DNA of 64,000 nucleotides from Escherichia coli (GTDB lineage Bacteria; Pseudomonadota; Gammaproteobacteria; Enterobacterales; Enterobacteriaceae): NCBI RefSeq assembly GCF_041886205.1, contig NZ_CP169029.1; one strand, 5' to 3'. Shown piece by piece: positions 57,960 to 64,000 of this stretch (position 1 is its first letter; each line of letters starts with the position of its first letter). The notes under the pieces were generated by a model. It saw only the letters and a program-made list of their open reading frames with translations, ran no database searches and was not told where the DNA came from. The position numbers and the translations under genes were made by a program.

Positions 57960-58955
57960 TTACGCCAGTACGCCTATTGCCAGCGCACGATCGATAAAAC
58001 GAAATATCAGCTCCAGCTGGGAGCCATACTTCTCTTCAAATGCCACGGTATCCGCATGCAGCTCGTCGTGATGCTTTCTGCACAAAGGCAACACAAAGAG
58101 GTCATGCGCTTTTGTTCCCATTCCACCCTGACCGTGACCTATCAGGTGGTGGGGATCATCAGCAGGCTTTCCACAACATGCACACGGCTGTGTCTTAACC
58201 CAGCGCGTGTACTTTTCATTAACCCAGCGGCGACGTTTTGGGCGTAACATAAAAGACTCCGGCGACTCCGGATCCACTTTCAGCGCCAGCACCTTTTTCG
58301 CTTTATCCTGGATAATGCTGGTGGCAGGAACCGAAGGCACAAGGTCACTTTCCCGGGTGACAGACGGCACAACAGGTTTCGGTAATCTCAGTGCCTTACG
58401 GGCTGCGCTTTCAGGTAAGGCATCCGCCAGGTCATTACGAATCAGCCACCAGCACAGTTCCGGCATTGTCACGGCATGGTTATCATCAAAACCGAGATCC
58501 CGACGGACTACAGACAACACCCAACGGGCACAGTTATCCGTTGCCATTGATTCCAGCCGCTCCGTGAACTGATCACGTAACTGATTATCGCAGTGCCAGC
58601 ACAAACGGATTGCTCCCGGCGCGTGACGCATTGTGGTCATGTTCTCGCTGTGCCAGTCGGAATGAGGCCACTGGCAGCCTTTTTCACGAAGTAACCAGCT
58701 TTCAAGACATTCCACGCCACCAGCACGACGGATCACTGCCTCATTGCGGAACACGGCCCGAACGGCAGGATCATCCGCCAGCGGTTGTGATGCCGCCGGA
58801 ACGGCACCACTGGCGAAAGATGAATAACGCTCCGGCTCAGGCTCCAGCAGGACACGCCCCTGCATAAACAGGGGCATCAGCTCTGAACCTGGCCTGAACA
58901 ATACGATCCCCATACGCGGGGCAATTTCAGGGGTCAGTAGTGCTCTCACGGTCAC
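57960..58955 (-). CDS. DUF968-family protein (YdfU-like) with C-terminal HNH-like Cys/His motif
   Basis: 331 aa; C-terminus CACCGKPADDPHHLIGHGQGGMGTKAHDLFVLPLCRKHHDELH. Confidence 0.55.
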   Translation of the reverse strand: MTVRALLTPEIAPRMGIVLFRPGSELMPLFMQGRVLLEPEPERYSSFASGAVPAASQPLADDPAVRAVFRNEAVIRRAGGVECLESWLLREKGCQWPHSDWHSENMTTMRHAPGAIRLCWHCDNQLRDQFTERLESMATDNCARWVLSVVRRDLGFDDNHAVTMPELCWWLIRNDLADALPESAARKALRLPKPVVPSVTRESDLVPSVPATSIIQDKAKKVLALKVDPESPESFMLRPKRRRWVNEKYTRWVKTQPCACCGKPADDPHHLIGHGQGGMGTKAHDLFVLPLCRKHHDELHADTVAFEEKYGSQLELIFRFIDRALAIGVLA

Positions 58956-58956
58956 C

Positions 58957-59766
58957 TCAATGAACGGTATCGAGCAGCTTTAACAGCTCAGGGAATCGGG
59001 ATTCGAAGAAATGCGGCTGCGTCTCGCGCGGATTTGCGGGACTGGTGATGTTCTTGCCGAACATGCAACCTTTCGCTGTCAGCGACCAGAATTTTTTGAT
59101 GTTGTTAATCGCGGTACGGCTGTATCGTTCGCGCTGCTCGACGATCCCCAGCTTCACCATCTGGTGATATGCCTGATTAGCCGTCAGGCGGATACCATAC
59201 TGTTTCAGCAGTGCACTCAGTGACAGTGTCGGGCGACTTGAGCCATCAGGCGCGTCAGCAGGAGCATCAATGGCATAGCGCGGTGCCAGATTCGGTAAGC
59301 CAACAGCCTCCTGGAGTTTCTGACAGGCCCCAAGCACAGATGAGTTAGACAGGTTTAACTCCCGACGCATAAAGTCCAGCAGAATCACACCAGCCTGCAT
59401 CTTGTCAGCAGCCTGTCCGGATAATTTTTCCGGTGCACTGGTTACCATATCGAAAGTACGGATCACCTTCAGATGGAATGACGGGCTGATCCACATTGCA
59501 TAGGCATACACCAGTTCTTTGCAGACATACGTCCCCTGGTTATTTCCGCCATTAATGACGCTAACTGGTTGATTTTGTTCCAGAGGCGTAATTCCACCCT
59601 CGGTGAAAAGTTGTTCAATCAATTCACAGGTTTGCTTATTGGAGAGCCAGTATTTCGGGCGGTTTTTTTGTTCTCCCCCGGCTGCCCTGTGCAGATCGTT
59701 CAGGCTGTAACGCCCATAAGCATCACGACGAACTTCAATACCATCAATGACCATCAGATTATTCAT
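58957..59766 (-). CDS. KilA-N domain protein
   Basis: N-terminus MNNLMVIDGIEVRRDAYGRYSLNDLHRAAGG... typical of KilA-N. Confidence 0.6.
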   Translation of the reverse strand: MNNLMVIDGIEVRRDAYGRYSLNDLHRAAGGEQKNRPKYWLSNKQTCELIEQLFTEGGITPLEQNQPVSVINGGNNQGTYVCKELVYAYAMWISPSFHLKVIRTFDMVTSAPEKLSGQAADKMQAGVILLDFMRRELNLSNSSVLGACQKLQEAVGLPNLAPRYAIDAPADAPDGSSRPTLSLSALLKQYGIRLTANQAYHQMVKLGIVEQRERYSRTAINNIKKFWSLTAKGCMFGKNITSPANPRETQPHFFESRFPELLKLLDTVH

Positions 59767-59785
59767 ACTTCGTTTCTCCTCTTAA

Positions 59786-60175
59786 TCAGGCGGCTGCACC
59801 CGCCGTTTTCTCGTACTTACTGATAGTGATCTCGACCTTCCCTTCCGGGATAACCGGTCCCCACTCCACCAGCATTCTTTTCACCTGGCTGTCGTCTTCC
59901 CACACACCCGCGTGGGTCAGGGCGTCAAACAGCGCCTTGTTATAGTTGTCCAGATCGCGGATCCGGTTATCCGGAGGAAACAACACGATCTCCACTGAAG
60001 CAAGTACCGACGTTGGTTTTGGCAGACGACGTAACTGCTCAACTATTGCTGCGCACGCCGCGCTCTGGAATTTTCGCCCCGCCGCGCTTATCAGGCTCTT
60101 ACCAGCAAACGCCCCTTTGTTGGGGTGTCGCCAGTACGTGTTCACGCTGGGCGGAAAAGGCAGGATCAGCTTCAT
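59786..60175 (-). CDS. rusA: RusA-family Holliday junction resolvase
   Basis: 129 aa; LPFPPSVNTYWRH ... DLDNYNKALFDALTHAGVWEDDSQV matches RusA core. Confidence 0.8.
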   Translation of the reverse strand: MKLILPFPPSVNTYWRHPNKGAFAGKSLISAAGRKFQSAACAAIVEQLRRLPKPTSVLASVEIVLFPPDNRIRDLDNYNKALFDALTHAGVWEDDSQVKRMLVEWGPVIPEGKVEITISKYEKTAGAAA

Positions 60176-60498
60176 ACTTTCAGGCCCCTCTCATGTAACC
60201 AGTGGGTTGCACGCAGCCTTGCGTTTTCCTCACCGGCAAGCAGTGCGCGGATAATCCCGACCGCCTCGCTGTCGTCGTCCTTCACCGCGGTATGAAGCGT
60301 TATCCCCCGGGCCACGCCACGCTTTATCGTGATGACGCCTTTTTTCTCCAGTGCGCGAAGATGCTCTACCGCTGCATTCACTGAACGGTATCCCAGCATG
60401 GTTGCCACCTCCTGATTGGTTGGCGGAAAGCCACGCTCTTTCTGATAAGAAATCAGCATATCCAGCACCTGCTGCTGGCATTGAGTTAACGTCGTCAT
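60172..60498 (-). CDS. LexA N-terminal DNA-binding domain homologue lacking the S24 peptidase domain
   Basis: MTTLTQCQQQVLDMLISYQKERGFPPTNQEVATMLGYRSVNAAVEHLRALEKKGVITIKRG aligns with LexA wHTH (ARQQEVFDLI...SPNAAEEHLKALARKGVIEI); only 108 aa; start overlaps upstream stop. Confidence 0.65.
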   Translation of the reverse strand: MTTLTQCQQQVLDMLISYQKERGFPPTNQEVATMLGYRSVNAAVEHLRALEKKGVITIKRGVARGITLHTAVKDDDSEAVGIIRALLAGEENARLRATHWLHERGLKV

Positions 60499-60992
60499 TA
60501 CGCCCCCACGTAATTCCCTGACAGATACCACTCATCACTCGATACAGCGCGCTTGCTGCTTTTCCGTAAACACTGCTCACGACGCGCCAGAAAATTGTTT
60601 CGTTCTGGCTGGGAGTGGCTTTCACGGAATGCCGCCATCCACACCGTTGCAGCACGACGGTATAAGCCCCTGGACTCCAGTTCTTCAGCCTGGCGGGTCA
60701 GGCACAAAATCTCCCGCGGGTCGTTAGTGCCGACATAGAAATTGCGCACAGGTCTGGTTTCACGAACTGGTTGCGGTTCTGCCTCCTGCGCTCTCTCAGT
60801 CAGGCGCGGGAAATGTCTGCGTGTATCCCCTTCACAACGGTGAGCCACACGACCACTCTGACGTAACTTGCTTGCTGACTGCAGAACGCGCTGCCGTGAG
60901 TAACCTGCAAAAGCATCCGCAATGTCTCTGGAAGTACACCCCGGATGGGCTTCAATGTATTTCTGAACTTCATTCAAAAGACTCATGATCAC
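60498..60992 (-). CDS. Hypothetical phage early protein (possible regulator)
   Basis: 164-aa ORF coupled on both sides in the early operon. Confidence 0.4.
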   Translation of the reverse strand: MIMSLLNEVQKYIEAHPGCTSRDIADAFAGYSRQRVLQSASKLRQSGRVAHRCEGDTRRHFPRLTERAQEAEPQPVRETRPVRNFYVGTNDPREILCLTRQAEELESRGLYRRAATVWMAAFRESHSQPERNNFLARREQCLRKSSKRAVSSDEWYLSGNYVGA

Positions 60993-61990
60993 CCCCTGAA
61001 TCCTGCTGGGATCTGGCTGTAGTCCACGTTGTCGTAACTGGCTTTGAAGTACGGGTCTTCGCGTTTTTCTGTGTACGTGCTGACGGACGGCGATAAGCGC
61101 AGGGAAAGCTCATCCCATTTTTCCCGCAGCTTCGACGGGCTGAGCACGTTACGGCACCAGAACGGATCGCGGCTGACGCGGCTGTACATCTCGCAGATTT
61201 GTTTGTGAGTACGACCATCCTGCACACACATCAGGCGAATTTCGTTTGCCCAGGCTGTCCAGTTCGGTTCTTTGGGACGAACCACCTCGCCGTCACATTC
61301 GGCAGCCTGCTCGTACAGGGCGATGATTTTTTTCCAGAGCCACTGTGCGCAGGTCAAATCATCCTGCGTCCCCCACTGGCGCTTTTTAGGGCTGAATACA
61401 ACCGCATCAGGATGGCGAGTTAAAAAATCCTGTTCAGCCGTCTGCGTGTCCGGTTGCGAAGAGTCCGGACGAGAAGGTTTTTTATCTGACGGATCATGTT
61501 TTGATTTTACTGACGGATCCCCGCCAGATTCTGACGGGTGAAAACCCGCTTTTTTGCCAGATTTCGACGCATCAAATTTTGACGGGTCAGATTTTGATGC
61601 GTCAGATTTTGACGGGTCAGATTTTGATGCGTCAGATTTTGACGGGTCAGATTTTGATGCGTCAGATTTTGACGGGTCAGAATCTGACAGTTGAGAAAAT
61701 GCCGCTGCCTGAAGCTTCGCAACGTTAAGCTGATAAACATTCGACGCATTGCGGTTACCCTGGCGACGCGCCTTACGCGTTAACCAGCCTTCTGCTTCCA
61801 GCCGTGCGATAGCCGTTCTGACGGTACTCATCCCCGCGCCAATCTGGCGTGCAATGGTTTCAATTGATGGCCAACACACACCTTCGTCATTACTGAAATC
61901 AGCCAGGCGGGCCATAATTGCCACGCTGGATAGCTTCATGCCTGACGCAGCGCAACCATCCCATACATAGCCGGTTAATTTAGTGCTCAT
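60989..61990 (-). CDS. Replication initiator (lambda O-like, N-terminal wHTH) with internal iteron-encoded peptide repeats
   Basis: 333 aa; N-terminal HTH; central SDPSKSDASK repeats encoded by 30-bp tandem repeats. Confidence 0.7.
   Translation of the reverse strand: MSTKLTGYVWDGCAASGMKLSSVAIMARLADFSNDEGVCWPSIETIARQIGAGMSTVRTAIARLEAEGWLTRKARRQGNRNASNVYQLNVAKLQAAAFSQLSDSDPSKSDASKSDPSKSDASKSDPSKSDASKSDPSKFDASKSGKKAGFHPSESGGDPSVKSKHDPSDKKPSRPDSSQPDTQTAEQDFLTRHPDAVVFSPKKRQWGTQDDLTCAQWLWKKIIALYEQAAECDGEVVRPKEPNWTAWANEIRLMCVQDGRTHKQICEMYSRVSRDPFWCRNVLSPSKLREKWDELSLRLSPSVSTYTEKREDPYFKASYDNVDYSQIPAGFRG
61561..61690. repeat. Iteron array (about 3.5 x 30 bp) inside the replication initiator gene; probable origin
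   Basis: gacgggtcagattttgatgcgtcagatttt repeated exactly at 61581, 61611 and 61641, with degenerate copies at both flanks. Confidence 0.75.
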
Positions 61991-61999
61991 GACCGACCT

Positions 62000-62338
62000 C
62001 TATTTCCCTGAATTTACGACGAAACTGTTCGAGCGGGCTGAAGCACTCATGCTCATAGCCTTCGCGGAGGTAGATAACCCGTTGTGTTTCCGGTTCCCAA
62101 CGAATGACTCTGACGGGCACTCCGTAGTGATCTTTGAACCAGCGGTTAACTTGTTGCAAAGGACTGTCTCCTTCTGCCGGTTGAAATCACCCACAGCCCA
62201 CTCTGCAAAGCTGTGGGTTACAATTTCCCTGTCACCTGGTACATTCACTGCATAGCAATACTCCACCTTCGCTTTTCCACCCGGTACAGGAAGCGCAATC
62301 AGTTGCGAGCGACGGTAGTGTGTTGTTAAACTGTTCAT
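62000..62338 (-). CDS. Hypothetical early-operon protein
   Basis: 112-aa ORF tightly coupled between YdaT-like gene and replication gene. Confidence 0.4.
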   Translation of the reverse strand: MNSLTTHYRRSQLIALPVPGGKAKVEYCYAVNVPGDREIVTHSFAEWAVGDFNRQKETVLCNKLTAGSKITTECPSESFVGNRKHNGLSTSAKAMSMSASARSNSFVVNSGK

Positions 62339-62919
62339 GCGTTAGTTTCTCCACAACCAGAAGCAATCGACGCCACGACGCCCGGAGCTGCACACTCGCG
62401 GGCGTTACTCTTTTCCGGCGCACAAAAAACACGAAATAACAGTGTTAAATGCTCCTGCCACTTCGCCATTACTTGGTAGCTGTTCTCTTCGATTTGCTCA
62501 CGCTCAGCCTGGTCAATAACTCCATCAGCAGTTGCCTTGCGTAAGTACTGGGAATGCTTGCCAATCCATTCTATTGACTCCATCAGCCGCTGATTAATGT
62601 CACCATTGTCAATGTCATCAATGACCACCAGCGGCACAAACACCCCATTACTACGACGGGCTATTGCATCTGTTACATGCCTGGTACCACTGGCATCCTG
62701 TAAAACCATGGCCCACTCAAGTGGAAAAATTTGATCCCCACCGCTACGCAGTCTGTTATGCAATTGATCTTTTGCTGGGGTGATATCATCAGATTTATAC
62801 AAACCAAGAATTTCTGCTGCTTCCTCATAGCCATGAGGTAAATCAGCAATCGTTCTTCGTATTGCTGCCACCAGCCATGCTGGTTGTTTATCAACTTTCC
62901 ATTCAGGTTCTTTACCCAC
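62335..62919 (-). CDS. YdaT-like protein (cII-position early regulator)
   Basis: 194-aa ORF directly downstream of Cro/YdaS-like gene. Confidence 0.45.
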   Translation of the reverse strand: MGKEPEWKVDKQPAWLVAAIRRTIADLPHGYEEAAEILGLYKSDDITPAKDQLHNRLRSGGDQIFPLEWAMVLQDASGTRHVTDAIARRSNGVFVPLVVIDDIDNGDINQRLMESIEWIGKHSQYLRKATADGVIDQAEREQIEENSYQVMAKWQEHLTLLFRVFCAPEKSNARECAAPGVVASIASGCGETNA

Positions 62920-62946
62920 GGTTAATTCCTCATTTCTGTGGTGTTT

Positions 62947-63144
62947 TTATGCCGCAGCACTGTTAGTCTTTTGATATAAAGACACGTCAACTTTCAGTTT
63001 CCCGTTAGTAATTTTTTCTAACTGGTACGCTCGGCCTTCAGGAATAATCTCAGGCCACTCTGAAACAGACGGATGCTTAATACCTAGGGCTTCGGCGGTT
63101 TTACAAACTCCGCCGAAATAATTAATCACGTCGGATTTCCGCAT
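62947..63144 (-). CDS. Cro/YdaS-like HTH repressor
   Basis: 65 aa, HTH (GGVCKTAEALGIKHPSVSEW); divergent from cI across operators. Confidence 0.7.
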   Translation of the reverse strand: MRKSDVINYFGGVCKTAEALGIKHPSVSEWPEIIPEGRAYQLEKITNGKLKVDVSLYQKTNSAAA

Positions 63145-63242
63145 TTCTGTCTCCCGTTAAATTACGTTAAGCAGAAATGTAGGATATCCAACATGCAAAT
63201 GTCAAGAATCCTACATGGGCATGTGGTAGGATTGCCTACATG
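63145..63242. promoter_or_regulatory. OR-like operator/promoter region between cro-like and cI-like genes
   Basis: Three related dyad sites: atgtaggatatccaacatg (63177-63195), gtcaagaatcctacatg (63201-63217), atgtggtaggattgcctacatg (63221-63242). Confidence 0.65.
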
Positions 63243-63893
63243 ATGAACATGAGTGATCGTATTCGCCAAAGGCGAAAAGAACTGAACCTGACACAACAAG
63301 CACTGGCTGATTTGACTGGTGTGAACCGTGTCACGGTTACTGGATGGGAAAAGGACGACTACCAACCAAATGGAGCCAACCTTCAAGCCCTAGCCAACGC
63401 ACTTAAATGCGATCCTCTGTGGCTTGTTAGCGGAAAAGGCTCGCCTGAACCAAAGATAAATCTAAAACCTGAAATATTCGCAGTTAAAAAAGTCCCCCTA
63501 ATCTCGTGGGTTCAGGCGGGTTCATGGACAATGACGGAGCCTGGTGTCAGGAAAGAAGATGCTGAAGAGTGGGTTTATACTACCGCCCTTGTATCAGAAA
63601 TGGCATTTGCACTACGGGTCCGTGGTGATTCAATGACCAATCCCCTCGGCTCACCATCGATACCAGAAGGTTCTATCGTTATCGTAGAGCCAGATATTAT
63701 TGATACAGAGTGTATTAACGGAAAAATCGTTGTTGCCCATATCAATGGTGGGCAAGAAGCGACACTCAAAAAATTTGTTGAGGACTGGCCGAACAGGTAT
63801 CTCGTCCCACTAAATCCTAACTATAAAACTATTGAATGCGGTGAGAACTGCAGAATAGTTGGTCTTGTCAAACAAGTAATAATGGATTTTTGA
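63240..63893 (+). CDS. CI-like repressor (HTH plus S24 LexA-type autopeptidase domain)
   Basis: 217 aa; N-terminal HTH (LTQQALADLTGVNRVTVTGWE), C-terminal S24 with catalytic Ser in RVRGDSMTNP and Lys in TLKKF. Confidence 0.85.
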   Translation: MMNMSDRIRQRRKELNLTQQALADLTGVNRVTVTGWEKDDYQPNGANLQALANALKCDPLWLVSGKGSPEPKINLKPEIFAVKKVPLISWVQAGSWTMTEPGVRKEDAEEWVYTTALVSEMAFALRVRGDSMTNPLGSPSIPEGSIVIVEPDIIDTECINGKIVVAHINGGQEATLKKFVEDWPNRYLVPLNPNYKTIECGENCRIVGLVKQVIMDF

Positions 63894-63955
63894 CACATCT
63901 TCCTCACTATCGCAAAACCGGGGTATCCCCGGTTTTTTTATGAGCCTATCTTTTT

Positions 63956-64000
63956 ATGTAGGATAACCAACATAAACTCTTGACACTCACATGTTGGATA
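63956..64000. promoter_or_regulatory. OL/PL-like operator-promoter region (cut by window end)
   Basis: Operator-type sites atgtaggataaccaacata and catgttggata flanking a TTGACA hexamer (63980-63985). Confidence 0.5.

Larger units (their letters stand above)
30013..64000. mobile_element. Prophage integrated at the dusA 5' end (int side; far end lies beyond the window). Mosaic of Mu/e14-like tail, HK97-like head, lambdoid regulation
   Basis: Contiguous block: integrase, accessory genes, invertase and tail fibres, baseplate/tail, head, terminase, lysis, Q, nin-like genes, replication, cro/cI with operators; left boundary approximate. Confidence 0.85.

Noticed and set aside
61561-61690. Tandem 30-bp repeats considered as a possible CRISPR array
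   Set aside because: Repeats are contiguous with no unique spacers, lie inside a coding gene and no cas genes are nearby; consistent with iterons
61983-62255. 90-aa plus-strand ORF in the early region
   Set aside because: The overlapping minus-strand ORF (62000-62338) is tightly coupled to flanking early genes; the plus frame has no RBS or promoter context

Overview
Enterobacterial (E. coli-like) chromosome. Positions 1-30012 are conserved core genes in the familiar order nrf(E)DCBA, acs-yjcH-actP, yjcF, yjcE, ghxP, soxR/soxS, pdeC, yjcB, ssb/uvrA, yjbR, yjbQ, aphA, tyrB, alr, dnaB, qor, pspG, dusA, with recognisable REP elements, the SoxR box and the ssb/uvrA LexA box. From about 30013 to the window end lies a prophage inserted at the 5' end of dusA, starting with a tyrosine integrase and running off the window inside its immunity region. 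It is a mosaic: Mu/e14-like contractile tail and baseplate, HK97-like head and packaging genes with an HNH endonuclease, a lysis cassette, and lambdoid late and early control. Between the integrase and the invertible tail-fibre switch is an accessory module: an SOS-boxed dinI-like gene, an intact IS903-group element with 9-bp target duplication, and an AT-rich orphan ClpP-fold serine peptidase gene, bracketed by a pair of ~60-bp hairpin-containing direct repeats. The peptidase module is the best candidate for an undescribed function (a protease-based abortive-infection or defence gene is a hypothesis only). Other notable items are a LexA DNA-binding-domain-only protein, a secreted moron in the tail operon and iterons inside the replication gene. 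All calls rest on reading the sequence and on recalled protein families; no database search was run.
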